64,000 nt of DNA from Candidatus Acidiferrales bacterium (GTDB lineage Bacteria > Acidobacteriota > Terriglobia > Acidiferrales > UBA7541), in assembly GCA_035622155.1 (NCBI GenBank), contig DASPVW010000036.1, positions 269,890 to 333,889 of the forward strand. The letters run 5' to 3'. This document shows, one piece after another, positions 45,002 to 54,915 of the stretch; within the stretch, counting starts at the first letter, position 1, and every line of letters starts with the position of its first letter. Made by a program: the position numbers and the translations under genes. The notes under the pieces are model-generated. The model did no database searches. It worked only from the letters and a program-made list of their open reading frames with translations, and was not told the DNA's origin.

Positions 45002-47770
45002 ATGCCCCCGGAAATTCCCAAGGCTTACGAGCCACAGGAGATCGAAGAGCGCTGGGCGAAGACCTGGTTTGAGGAAAAGCTATTCCGCGTCGAAAATTCC
45101 GGTGGTGGTCCCGTGTTTTCCATCGTGCTGCCGCCGCCGAATGTCACCGGCTCGATCCATATTGGCCACATGCTCGAGCATACGCAGATCGACATGCTCG
45201 TTCGCTGGCATCGCATGAGGGGCGATCGCACGCTTTGGCTGCCGGGCATGGATCACGCCGGCATAGCCACACAATATGTGGTCGAGAGGAAGCTGGCAGA
45301 GCAAGGCATTCGCCGCCAGGACCTGGGTCGCGACGAGTTCGAGCGGCGGGTTTGGCAATGGAAGGCGGAAAGCGGTGGCGTGATCAAGGAGCAGATGATT
45401 CGCCTCGGCGCTTCCTGCGATTGGACCCGCGAGCGCTTTACCCTCGAGCCAAAGCTGTATCGCGCCGTCCTTGAGGCTTTTCTGCGCCTTTATCGCGAAA
45501 GCCTCATTTATCGCGGCCGCTATATGGTCAATTGGTGTCCGCGGTGCCAGACAGCGATCAGCGATCTCGAAGTGGTCCACGTTGAGGGCGCAGGAAAGCT
45601 TTGGTATCTCCGCTATCCGATCGTCGGATCGAAGGAGTTTCTTGTGGTCGCGACCACTCGTCCGGAAACGATGCTTGGCGACACAGCCGTCGCCGTTCAT
45701 CCCGACGACGAACGCTACCTGCGCTTGGTCGGCAACAGTGTGATGCTGCCGCTTATGAATCGCCAGATTCCGGTGATTGCGGACGGCTACGTCGACCGCC
45801 AATTTGGCACAGGCGTCGTCAAAATCACGCCCGCGCATGATCTGAATGACTTTGAAGTCGGCAGGCGGCACAACCTACCGGAAATCGACGTGATGACCAA
45901 CGACGGCCACATGAGTGAAGCCGCGGGCCCCTATGCTGGGCTGGATCGGTTCGAGGCGCGCGAGCGCGTCGTCGGAGACCTCATGGCCTTGGGACTGCTC
46001 GAACGCGTCGAGGACATCTCTCATTCGGTCGGCGTTTGCGATCGTTGCAAATCCGAAATTGAGCCGCGCCTTTCGACGCAATGGTTCCTGAGAATGAAGC
46101 CGCTCGCCGAACCGGCCAAGCAGGTCGTGATCGATGGCCTCATCGAAGTCGTGCCCGATAACCAGCGCACCATCTTGCTGCAATGGTTCGACAATATCCG
46201 TGACTGGTGTATCTCGCGGCAGCTCTGGTGGGGCCATCGCATCCCCATCTGGCATTGTGACGATTGCAAAGAAATGATCCCCGCGGCCGATTCGCGCGTT
46301 GAAATTATAGAAGGGCACGCACGCGCGGCCAGCGTGCCGACCGTCTGCCCGAAGTGCGGCAGCTCGAAATTGACGCAAGACCCCGACGTTCTCGACACTT
46401 GGTTCAGCTCCGCGCTGTGGCCGTTTTCAACCCTCGGCTGGCCGGACGACACGCCCGAGCTCCAGGCGTTTTATCCAACCAGCCTGCTGATTAGTGGCTA
46501 CGACATTTTGTTCTTCTGGGACGCCCGCATGATCATGATGGGTCTGCATTTGACAGACCGGCCCGAACCGCACCAAACCGACAATCGGAACCGCATCCCC
46601 TTCCGCCGCCTGTACTTGCATTCGCTGGTCCGCACTTCCGAGGGCGCGAAGATGTCGAAAACGAAGGGCACGGGCGTCGATCCGCTCCAGTTGACTCTGC
46701 AATATGGCACCGACGCGCTCCGCTATATGCTCGCCAGCATGGCCGCCCCTGGTACCGACATCATTTTGAGCGAAGATCGTATTTTGGGTGCTCGTGCCTT
46801 CGCCAATAAGATCTGGAACGCCGCGCGATTTCTCTTCGTCAACCTCGAGAAGATCAAGGTGGGCGGCCTGCGGCTTGAGGACTTGGCTGCACCGGACATT
46901 CGCACCCAGGCGCCGTATTGGGTGGCCGGCGAAGGAGCGCTCCCCCACCGCTGGATTTTTTCGCGCCTTGCGGCTGTTGCCGAGCAGGTCAACGATGCGC
47001 TGGAGCACTTCCGCTTCCACGAAGCCTGCCAGACCATTTACCAATTTTTCTGGGGCGACTTCTGTGATTGGTATATCGAGTGGGTCAAACCACAACTGGC
47101 GGCAACCGGTCCCGACGTTGTTCTGGCGGCATGGCAGAATATTTTCGCCGCGCTGGACGCGGCCCTGCGCCTGTTGCATCCCGTCATGCCGTTTCTTACC
47201 GAAGAGCTGTGGCACCGCCTACCCCAGCGACCTGGCGCACGTTCGATCGCGCTCGAGCGTTTTCCCGATCCGCGCACCGGATGTGCCGATGCTTCGGTTG
47301 ACGAAGCCATGGCGACGCTTCAGGAAATTATCGTCGGAGCGCGCCAGATCCGCGCCGAAATGAAGCTAGATCCCAAGCGCAAGGTGCCAGCCGATTTTTC
47401 GACCGAAAATCCGAACCTGCGCAGGCTGGTGGAGGAAAATGTGGATGCTGTTCTGCGCCTGGCTACGCTCTCCGAGTTGCGAATCTCAGCGGGCCACCTT
47501 GACACCACAGGCGCGGCGATCCGCTCCACCGCGCAATTTGACCTGCGGATCGCCTATGGGGAAGCCATCGACAAAGCAGCCGAAGCCACGCGTCTCGACA
47601 AGGAGATCGATCGCCTGGAGAAGGACATCGCATCGAAGCAGGGTCGCCTCGCTGATGAAGAGTTTGCGTCGAAGGCACCGGCGAACGTCGTGGCGGGCCT
47701 GCGCAAGACGCTCGCCGAACGACGGGCGGAGCTCGAGAAGCTCAAAGAGCGACGCAAGCCGCTTCGCTAA
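45002..47770 (+). CDS. valS: Valine--tRNA ligase
   Basis: 922 aa with HIGH (PPPNVTGSIHIGH), KMSKS (KMSKTKG), a CP1 editing domain and a C-terminal coiled coil. Confidence 0.97.
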   Translation: MPPEIPKAYEPQEIEERWAKTWFEEKLFRVENSGGGPVFSIVLPPPNVTGSIHIGHMLEHTQIDMLVRWHRMRGDRTLWLPGMDHAGIATQYVVERKLAEQGIRRQDLGRDEFERRVWQWKAESGGVIKEQMIRLGASCDWTRERFTLEPKLYRAVLEAFLRLYRESLIYRGRYMVNWCPRCQTAISDLEVVHVEGAGKLWYLRYPIVGSKEFLVVATTRPETMLGDTAVAVHPDDERYLRLVGNSVMLPLMNRQIPVIADGYVDRQFGTGVVKITPAHDLNDFEVGRRHNLPEIDVMTNDGHMSEAAGPYAGLDRFEARERVVGDLMALGLLERVEDISHSVGVCDRCKSEIEPRLSTQWFLRMKPLAEPAKQVVIDGLIEVVPDNQRTILLQWFDNIRDWCISRQLWWGHRIPIWHCDDCKEMIPAADSRVEIIEGHARAASVPTVCPKCGSSKLTQDPDVLDTWFSSALWPFSTLGWPDDTPELQAFYPTSLLISGYDILFFWDARMIMMGLHLTDRPEPHQTDNRNRIPFRRLYLHSLVRTSEGAKMSKTKGTGVDPLQLTLQYGTDALRYMLASMAAPGTDIILSEDRILGARAFANKIWNAARFLFVNLEKIKVGGLRLEDLAAPDIRTQAPYWVAGEGALPHRWIFSRLAAVAEQVNDALEHFRFHEACQTIYQFFWGDFCDWYIEWVKPQLAATGPDVVLAAWQNIFAALDAALRLLHPVMPFLTEELWHRLPQRPGARSIALERFPDPRTGCADASVDEAMATLQEIIVGARQIRAEMKLDPKRKVPADFSTENPNLRRLVEENVDAVLRLATLSELRISAGHLDTTGAAIRSTAQFDLRIAYGEAIDKAAEATRLDKEIDRLEKDIASKQGRLADEEFASKAPANVVAGLRKTLAERRAELEKLKERRKPLR

Positions 47771-47874
47771 CTCCCTAGCTTGACCGATGGTAAGTCCTAC
47801 GGATCGATGGGCGACAGCTGGGGCGCCAACTTGTGGGCTCCGGCCCCGTCGAGTATGCTTCGTGGTTTCCACGT

Positions 47875-48891
47875 ATGGCAACCAAGAGAATAGCTGGCCT
47901 GCCAGGCACAACCGACCGGCGCATCGACGCGCTGCTAACGCTGCTCGCCGAAAATTCAACGATCGTCATCAGCGGCGCCAAAATCGCCAAGGAAATCGGC
48001 ACCACGCGGCAGCAAGTTTGGAGCTGGATCGAGCGGCTGCGCGCTCTCGGCGTGCGTGTCAAAGGCCATCCTCGGACTGGGTATCATATTGAGCGCGTGC
48101 CCGACCTACTGATTCCGCAGATGCTAAGCCACCGTCTATACGGCACCGTGTTCGCGCGCCGCATTTTTCATTTTTTCAAGGTCGACTCGACCAATTCTGT
48201 AGCCATGCGGTTGGGGGAATCCGGCGAACCCCATGGCACGATTGTCGTCGCCGAAGAGCAGACTGCCGGTCGGGGTCGTGCAGGCCGCTTCTGGACTTCG
48301 GAGAAGTCCGTGGGGATCTACACGAGCATTCTCCTACGGCCGTCGATTCCCCCAGCCCACGCACCGTTGCTCACGCTGGTCGCCGGACTGGCGGCGCGGG
48401 ATGCCGCTGCCGATGATCTCGATGCACAGCCCGATCTCCGTTGGCCCAACGATTTGCTCGTGGGCGGCCGCAAGTTTGGCGGAATCCTCACTGAAATGCA
48501 CGCCGAACCCGATCGCATCCACCACGCGGTCGTCGGCATCGGCATGAATGTGAATCAAACCAAGATGCCCAACGAGCTGGCCGATCGCGCGACATCGTTG
48601 CGCATCGAGACCCACCGAGCCCATTCGCGATTGGAACTTCTGATCCGGTTGCTGGGGTGCTTCAACCGCTACTACAATCAATTCCTGTCGGAGGGAGCCA
48701 CGCCCATTCTCCGGCGTTTCGCTGAGGTGTCGACCTACTTCAAGGGTAAGCACGTTCGGGTTACCACCGCTACCGAGAGCTTTACGGGCACGACGGCCGG
48801 ACTCGAGCCCAGCGGTGTTTTGCGCGTGACGCGCGACGACGGGCATGGGGTCGTTCCGATTCTCTCAGGCGACGTCGCGGAGGCTTCCTGA
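47875..48891 (+). CDS. birA: Bifunctional biotin--[acetyl-CoA-carboxylase] ligase / biotin operon repressor BirA
   Basis: Start re-picked at ATG 47875. N-terminal wHTH ([28 protein letters not shown]) and a ligase core ([20 protein letters not shown]-like RWPNDLLV). Confidence 0.9.
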   Translation: MATKRIAGLPGTTDRRIDALLTLLAENSTIVISGAKIAKEIGTTRQQVWSWIERLRALGVRVKGHPRTGYHIERVPDLLIPQMLSHRLYGTVFARRIFHFFKVDSTNSVAMRLGESGEPHGTIVVAEEQTAGRGRAGRFWTSEKSVGIYTSILLRPSIPPAHAPLLTLVAGLAARDAAADDLDAQPDLRWPNDLLVGGRKFGGILTEMHAEPDRIHHAVVGIGMNVNQTKMPNELADRATSLRIETHRAHSRLELLIRLLGCFNRYYNQFLSEGATPILRRFAEVSTYFKGKHVRVTTATESFTGTTAGLEPSGVLRVTRDDGHGVVPILSGDVAEAS

Positions 48892-49712
48892 TGCTTCTGG
48901 CCATGGATGTGGGCAATACGAACACCGTGTTAGGGGTTTTTCGTCAGAGAGATCTCGTGGCACATTGGCGCCTGACCACCGCACGCGACCAGACCATTGA
49001 TGAATACGGTATCCTGACCCGCGACCTGTTTACGCTGGCGGGGTTCGAGCCCCGCGAAATCGGCGGCGTGATCATCAGCTCGGTCGTCCCACCGCTCAAC
49101 TCCACACTGGCCGGCATGTCGGATCGCTATTTCGGGCGCAAAGCGCTTTTCGTCGAGCCTGGCGTTAAGACCGGGATGCCCATTCACTATGACAACCCAC
49201 AGGAGGTCGGAGCGGACCGTATCGTCAATAGCGTCGCGGCCTTCACGAAGTACGGCGGCCCTTGCATCATTGTGGATTTCGGCACAGCCATCAATTTCGA
49301 TGCCGTCTCGCCGCGCGGCGAGTATCTCGGCGGCGTGCTCGCACCGGGAATCGGCATTTCGGCCGATGCACTGTTTGCGCGGGCCGCGCGCCTTTTTCGA
49401 GTGGAAATCAAGGACCCGGGGAAAATCATCGGCACTAACACAATCGCATCGATGCAGTCGGGCCTGTTTTACGGCTACACCGATCTGGTGGACGGGATTC
49501 TCGACCGCATGAAGAAGGTGATGGGCGCGAAGACGAAAGTGATCGCGACCGGTGGCCAGGCCTCCTTGATTGGCGGTGCCTCCCGTCACATCGAAACGGT
49601 CGATGAGTTCCTTACTCTCGATGGCCTGCGCATTATCTGGGAACGCAATCAAGCAGCCGGGGAAGATCGCGCTGCTGTGAAGAGGAGGGCGCCCGGCCGG
49701 GCGACTGATTGA
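48891..49712 (+). CDS. coaX: Type III pantothenate kinase
   Basis: [24 protein letters not shown] and IIVDFGTA motifs. The ATG overlaps the birA TGA by 1 nt. Confidence 0.9.
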   Translation: MLLAMDVGNTNTVLGVFRQRDLVAHWRLTTARDQTIDEYGILTRDLFTLAGFEPREIGGVIISSVVPPLNSTLAGMSDRYFGRKALFVEPGVKTGMPIHYDNPQEVGADRIVNSVAAFTKYGGPCIIVDFGTAINFDAVSPRGEYLGGVLAPGIGISADALFARAARLFRVEIKDPGKIIGTNTIASMQSGLFYGYTDLVDGILDRMKKVMGAKTKVIATGGQASLIGGASRHIETVDEFLTLDGLRIIWERNQAAGEDRAAVKRRAPGRATD

Positions 49713-49759
49713 TTTCAGCCGCTGGGTAGCCACCGTTCCGCTGTGGCGTTTTTAAATCC

Positions 49760-50488
49760 ATGTCGTCGTTCAACTACTTTAACTATTTCACGGAAATCGA
49801 AGAATACTTCTGGCACAAGCGCGGCGCGCACCTGCTGGTCTCGCCGCTCGATTGGGCCATCGTTGAGACCTGGCAAAAGGCCGGGATTCCGCTGGGCGCC
49901 GTTCTCAAAGGAATCGATCGGGCATTTGAGAGTTGGGGTCGTTCCCGCCGGGCCGCTGACGGACGCCCTCTTAAGAGTCTCGCCTACTGTGTCGACGCAG
50001 TACTCGATGCCGCCAGCCAAGCGCAGGAGGCCGCTCGAGGCAGCGGTCCGGAAGTCCAAGCGGCGCGCCCGGCCGAGGAGCCATTTTCGCGCGACGAGCT
50101 GAAGCAGTACTTCGAGCGTAACAGGGCGCGCCTTCTTCTAGGCGCTGAAAAACATCGCGCCGCGCACAACCGCATCTCGTCTGGCCTCGGTGACGTCGCC
50201 CAACGGCTCGAACAGATGGCTCCGCTCACCGACTCACCCGGCCCAATCGACCTCGAGGATCTCGAGCGCCGCCTTACCATCCTCGAAGAGAAACTCACTG
50301 CCGCGCTTTGGGCCGATGCCGACGAAGAAACGCTGCTGGCCATCCGCCGCGAAATGGACCGCGCGCTCCGGCCGTATCGCCCCAAAATGTCGGCGGAACA
50401 ACTGGTTCAACTTGAGCGTCAGTACATGCAGAAGCGTCTTTTCGAGCGATTCGGTGTGCCCCGGCTCAGCCTCTTCTATCTCACTTGA
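49760..50488 (+). CDS. Hypothetical protein with DnaD-like (DnaB_2) N-terminal motif
   Basis: 242 aa. The N-terminus FTEIEEYFWHKRGAHLLVSPLDWAIVETWQKAGIPLGAVLKGIDRAF resembles the DnaD/DnaB_2 helical repeat pattern. The rest is predicted helical and charged. Confidence 0.45.
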   Translation: MSSFNYFNYFTEIEEYFWHKRGAHLLVSPLDWAIVETWQKAGIPLGAVLKGIDRAFESWGRSRRAADGRPLKSLAYCVDAVLDAASQAQEAARGSGPEVQAARPAEEPFSRDELKQYFERNRARLLLGAEKHRAAHNRISSGLGDVAQRLEQMAPLTDSPGPIDLEDLERRLTILEEKLTAALWADADEETLLAIRREMDRALRPYRPKMSAEQLVQLERQYMQKRLFERFGVPRLSLFYLT

Positions 50489-50514
50489 ATCGGCAGGGCT
50501 CTGCAGTCGACATC

Positions 50515-51789
50515 ATGGACATCACCATTGAAAAGCTCGTGTATGGCGGCGACGGCCTCGCGCATCACGAGGGTGCGACGGTCTTCGTGCCCTTTGTTCT
50601 GCCCGCCGAGCGCGTCAGAGCCGCAGCTGTCGAACGTAACAAGAAGTTCGTGCGTGCGCGCGTCGAGCGCCTGCTCGAAGCCGCCCCCGAGCGCGCCGCG
50701 ACTCGATGCCCGCATTACGGCGTTTGCGGCGGATGTCATTACCAGCACATTCCCTACCAAGCGCAACTCACATTCAAGACGGAAATTCTGCGCGAAACGC
50801 TGCATAGACTCGGTCGGATCGACTGGCCCGGAGAGATCACTCTCCATCGGTCACCGCCCTGGGGCTATCGCAACCGGGCGCAGTGGAAAATTCGCGGCTC
50901 ATCAAAAGCGGACACCTCGAGCCTCGGCATCGGATATTTTCGCGCCCATTCGACCACATTCTGCCCGGTCGAGCAATGCGCGGTTCTCTCCCCGCTGTTG
51001 TGTAAGACCTTGGACGCGCTGCGCTTGGCTCTGGCCGAAAAGCAGCTCGCACCGGAGTTACGCGAGATCGAAGCATTCGCCGGTGCGAACGATACCCAAC
51101 TGCTGTTAACGGCTACGTTTGCCGGTCTTCCGTCCCGCCACCAAGAACTGGTGGATACCCTCCGACACGCCGTGCCAGAAATCCAGAGTCTGTTGTTTCA
51201 CGATCCCGCCCGTGAGCGGATGGAGCTTGACGGTCCGGGTTACGTGGAAGCGGAGGCTGCGGGCTTGAACTATCGTGTTGGCCACCTGTCGTTTTTTCAA
51301 GTGAACCGCTTCCTTGCAGGCGAACTTGCCGGCGAGGTTAGTGAGAGTGCTGACGGCGGCCGGTTGGCGCTCGACCTTTTTGCGGGTGTGGGTCTTTTGA
51401 CCGTGCCCCTAGCAAGACGCTTTGAGCGGGTTGTGGCCGTCGAATCGAACCCCGCAGCAGCCCGCGATCTCGAATCCAACACCGCCGGGCAGGGGCGAAT
51501 CGAAATCCGGAACGCAGATGTCGGAAAGTTTCTCGAAAAATGCCGTGACACCCCCGAACGGGTGGTACTCGATCCCCCGCGCGCCGGGCTCACAAAGGAG
51601 GTGATCGGCCAACTTGCCCGCATCGCTGCCCCGGCCATCACCTACGTTTCTTGCGAGCCGCCCACGCTGGCGCGCGATTTGGCCGCGCTGAGAAAGGCCG
51701 GGTACGAAGTCACACGGGTCCATCTGTTCGACCTGTTCCCGCAGACATTTCACATCGAGTCGGTGGTGTGCCTGAGCCGCCGCCCCTGA
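50515..51789 (+). CDS. rlmD: 23S rRNA (uracil-C5)-methyltransferase, RlmD/RumA family
   Basis: TRAM-like N-terminus, Fe-S Cys cluster (CPHYGVCGGCHYQH) and a SAM methyltransferase core (LDLFAGVG, DPPRAG, YVSCEP). Alternative TTG start at 50485. Confidence 0.85.
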   Translation: MDITIEKLVYGGDGLAHHEGATVFVPFVLPAERVRAAAVERNKKFVRARVERLLEAAPERAATRCPHYGVCGGCHYQHIPYQAQLTFKTEILRETLHRLGRIDWPGEITLHRSPPWGYRNRAQWKIRGSSKADTSSLGIGYFRAHSTTFCPVEQCAVLSPLLCKTLDALRLALAEKQLAPELREIEAFAGANDTQLLLTATFAGLPSRHQELVDTLRHAVPEIQSLLFHDPARERMELDGPGYVEAEAAGLNYRVGHLSFFQVNRFLAGELAGEVSESADGGRLALDLFAGVGLLTVPLARRFERVVAVESNPAAARDLESNTAGQGRIEIRNADVGKFLEKCRDTPERVVLDPPRAGLTKEVIGQLARIAAPAITYVSCEPPTLARDLAALRKAGYEVTRVHLFDLFPQTFHIESVVCLSRRP

Positions 51790-51835
51790 AATGGGGTACT
51801 CGGAACGGCAGCTTGGAGCTGCCATGGGCCGAGCT

Positions 51836-52831
51836 TCACCATCCAATTGGAGATTTGTAGGGCAGCACGAGCTGCACTCCTTCGATCTGGCGAATTGTGC
51901 CGCCCTCAATTTTGAAAAACTCCGCCACCTCAACACTGAATGGCCTGAGCGCCGACGCCGGCATGGGAATTCTGCCGACACCGGGAACGTCTGCTTCCTT
52001 CACAGTTCCCGGGTGATTGAACATGAAAAAGCCGAAAACAATGCCCATTTTTTCGTCCACCATCACGAATCGTCGTGGATCAACCGACTGGATATACGCC
52101 CAAATTTTCGTGTTCATATTCTCGCGGCAGCCGAGCGCCGCAGGATTGAAGGTTCCGTTCGCCCAACCCTCGTTGTAGGAAGGATTGTTCGTGTCCTGCA
52201 TGCCATCCAGGATGCGATTGCATTTTTCATCGAACGGAACGATGTCACCCGAAAGATGCACGATGCCCTCGAAGTATTGATTGGCATCATGAAGCATCGT
52301 GGCGCGCGGGGTGCGCTCGGCAGCTGTGACGGGCTCAAGCCAGACGCGATTGGGCTGGCCGAACTGTTCCAATTTTTGGGCGGGCTCTGCGCCGCGCCGG
52401 ACGACCGTCTCCACCTCGGTGATTGTTCGCTCCACCACCTTTAGTCGCACGACCAGGATCGCAGGCGTACCATTTTCGCGGATCGTGCATTCGCACCCAA
52501 CTTGGCCCGTTGACGGGTCAGCGAAATAGATTTTGTAGGTGCCCAGGCTGCTGATCGTGCCCCACAAGGCGTCGGGAAGCTTCAGCGGTATGGTGTTTTC
52601 CGTGAACTTGACCGCAGCGGCTAGGGGGAGCCGGCTTGGATCATGAGCGACCAGAGCGCTCAGATACTGATCGAGCAGGCCGCGGAGACACGCCTCATCG
52701 CATTTTGCCGAGGAGGCCGTTTGTTCCTGGCCGCCAGGACGGGCCGCTCGACTCCCACGATGAGGGTTGGCAAACGACAATCCTGCCACGAGCCCTATGG
52801 CCAAGATCTTGCGGCTTGTTCGCATGTTCAC
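51836..52831 (-). CDS. Secreted hypothetical protein
   Basis: 331 aa with an N-terminal signal-like segment (MNMRTSRKILAIGLVAGLSFA) and coding-like composition. Family not recognised. Confidence 0.5.
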   Translation of the reverse strand: MNMRTSRKILAIGLVAGLSFANPHRGSRAARPGGQEQTASSAKCDEACLRGLLDQYLSALVAHDPSRLPLAAAVKFTENTIPLKLPDALWGTISSLGTYKIYFADPSTGQVGCECTIRENGTPAILVVRLKVVERTITEVETVVRRGAEPAQKLEQFGQPNRVWLEPVTAAERTPRATMLHDANQYFEGIVHLSGDIVPFDEKCNRILDGMQDTNNPSYNEGWANGTFNPAALGCRENMNTKIWAYIQSVDPRRFVMVDEKMGIVFGFFMFNHPGTVKEADVPGVGRIPMPASALRPFSVEVAEFFKIEGGTIRQIEGVQLVLPYKSPIGW

Positions 52832-52939
52832 GACCTCCGCCGGGAAGGAAGGTAAAGGTTAGCCCTCCTTCGCGACAGCCAGCCCGAGTACTATTGATCT
52901 TCTCTGTGCGGGGGTTCATCATGTTTTCTATCGGCCACT

Positions 52940-53209
52940 ATGGAACCCCTTCGAGATAGCTGTGACGCAACCCCGAGCCAGGCAGAAATCGACGAAGAAA
53001 GTAGACGCATCCGGCGCCTGCGGATTCTAGTGCATCTGACTCTGCAGGAGATTGCAGCGGGCGACTTGAGCGCCGAAGAAGCCGCCGGAATGATCGCGGC
53101 GACCAGGCGCGCGGCGCTCGAGATGTTTCCGGGCAAAGAAAACGCCTTCGATCTCATCTACAAGCCCCAGTTTCAGCGCATGATGAATGCCGTGTACCGC
53201 CTGCAGTAA
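52940..53209 (+). CDS. Small hypothetical protein
   Basis: 89-aa ORF with coding-like, helical sequence. No family recognised. Confidence 0.4.
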   Translation: MEPLRDSCDATPSQAEIDEESRRIRRLRILVHLTLQEIAAGDLSAEEAAGMIAATRRAALEMFPGKENAFDLIYKPQFQRMMNAVYRLQ

Positions 53210-53225
53210 GTCTCAGCCGCCCCCG

Positions 53226-53822
53226 TCAGTATCCGAACAGCGCTCGAAGCCACATCCGCAGCCAAATGGCTGCTAGTCCGGCGATGGTTCCTAGCAAGGC
53301 TTGGTACTCGCGGTTCCGCCGATACTGCAGCCATGAAAATCGGCTCCCCTCCTGCCCTTCGCTCCTGGCACGGGAAAAGCGCGGAACGAACAGCGGCACG
53401 TGGCGTGCGTACTCGTCAAAAGCGGCACCGAAGCGTTCGCGTACGTCTCTTTCTTCGCTGCGCATCACGGCATAGTAAAAAGTCGCGAAATAGACCGCAA
53501 CGATCGCGCCGGCCGTCCAGGAATGCCCGGCCACCACAAACCCGGCGGCAAGAAAGGCGCTTCCAAAATAGAGAGGATTCCGCGTGGCCCCATAGGGACC
53601 GGTTGTGGCCAGAGTCTCGTCCTTGCGCAAATGACCGGAAGCGAATCCCCGAACGACCAACCCAAACGCGGCGAAGACCGCGCCCGTCAGGATCGACCAC
53701 AACGTCGGCGCTGCCAGCAGCCAGTACATGGCGGCGACGACATAGCCAGCGCGCACGCGCCAGCGCGCCCAGAATTTTCTGGGTTGGTTGAGCGTTACCT
53801 CCGAGTCGACCGGCACAAGCAC
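53226..53822 (-). CDS. Isoprenylcysteine carboxyl / phospholipid methyltransferase-family membrane protein
   Basis: 4-5 TM segments. TTGPYGATRNPLYFG...E(x)FGAAFDEYARHVP, typical of the ICMT/PEMT family. Confidence 0.75.
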   Translation of the reverse strand: MLVPVDSEVTLNQPRKFWARWRVRAGYVVAAMYWLLAAPTLWSILTGAVFAAFGLVVRGFASGHLRKDETLATTGPYGATRNPLYFGSAFLAAGFVVAGHSWTAGAIVAVYFATFYYAVMRSEERDVRERFGAAFDEYARHVPLFVPRFSRARSEGQEGSRFSWLQYRRNREYQALLGTIAGLAAIWLRMWLRALFGY

Positions 53823-53904
53823 CGCGGAAAACTAGCATAGCGTGGTCGCGGCCCGCAATGCGCACGGCACCCGCGGATTTCCGTTTCGCCTCCGGAGGCT
53901 TCCG

Positions 53905-54915
53905 TTAATCGTAGTCGGCGCGTGGCCGCGACGCGACCTTCCTCATAATCGCCTGCCAGAGTTGGTCCGCCTCCTGCACCTGAAGCGAACTTCGCAAGTA
54001 GTAGATGGGGATCCCCTGCCAGACGATGCCAGCCAGATTGAATACATCCTTTTCGGTGCACAAGAGTGCCTCTGCGCCTGCTGGACCTGCCGCCGCCTCG
54101 AGTCGGCGAACATCCCGCTCGTCGTACCGGTGGTGGTCGCGAAAGAAACGCTGACCGACGACGTCGAACCCGGCGCTCTTGAGATCGGCAAGAAACGCAG
54201 TAGGATTCCCAATTCCGCAGAAGACGAAGAAATGCCGCGGGCGAGCATGCCGGTCTTCGACGCCAGGGTATTTCCCGCTCCAAACGCAGACCGAATCGAG
54301 GTGTGTTCGCGCATAAAAGATCGGCGAGGTGGACTCGCGGCGGATAACGGCCTCAAGCTCCGGAGCGTGGCTGCTGCGCGTGATGACAATGATGTCAGCG
54401 CGCGCCAATGCCGATGGGGGCTCCCGCAGGCGGCCCGCCGGAAGGAGATGGCCGCCGCCGAAGGGGCTCGTTGCGTCGATGAGAACGATGTTGACGTCCC
54501 GAGCGAGCTGGAGATGCTGAAAGCCGTCATCGAGGATGAACCACTGGACCCCGCGGGAGGCGAGGTCGCGGGCCCGGGCCCAGCGATTGGCGCCGACACC
54601 CATGGTCACACGGTCGCCCAGTCGCTCGCCGAGCAACTGGGCTTCGTCGCTGGTCGCGCCACTCCCAGACGGGTGGCCGCGATAGCCGCGCGTAAGGATG
54701 CCGATCTTTTCTCCTTGGGCGATGAGACGCTCGGCAATCCACAGAACCATTGGCGTCTTGCCTGTGCCGCCTACGGTGAGGTTGCCCACGCTGATGACGA
54801 TGCCATCGACGCGCCGCTGCCGGAAAATACCGTTCTGGTAAGCCCGCGCGCGAAGGCGCACGGCGGCACCGAAGGGAAGCGTTAACGGCCAGAGCAGCGT
54901 TTGGGAAAAATTCAC
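53905..54915 (-). CDS. lpxK: Tetraacyldisaccharide 4'-kinase LpxK
   Basis: P-loop VGNLTVGGTGKTP. The GTG start at 54915 overlaps the waaA TGA (GTGA). The 423-aa ORF in the track is over-extended into waaA. Confidence 0.85.
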   Translation of the reverse strand: MNFSQTLLWPLTLPFGAAVRLRARAYQNGIFRQRRVDGIVISVGNLTVGGTGKTPMVLWIAERLIAQGEKIGILTRGYRGHPSGSGATSDEAQLLGERLGDRVTMGVGANRWARARDLASRGVQWFILDDGFQHLQLARDVNIVLIDATSPFGGGHLLPAGRLREPPSALARADIIVITRSSHAPELEAVIRRESTSPIFYARTHLDSVCVWSGKYPGVEDRHARPRHFFVFCGIGNPTAFLADLKSAGFDVVGQRFFRDHHRYDERDVRRLEAAAGPAGAEALLCTEKDVFNLAGIVWQGIPIYYLRSSLQVQEADQLWQAIMRKVASRPRADYD

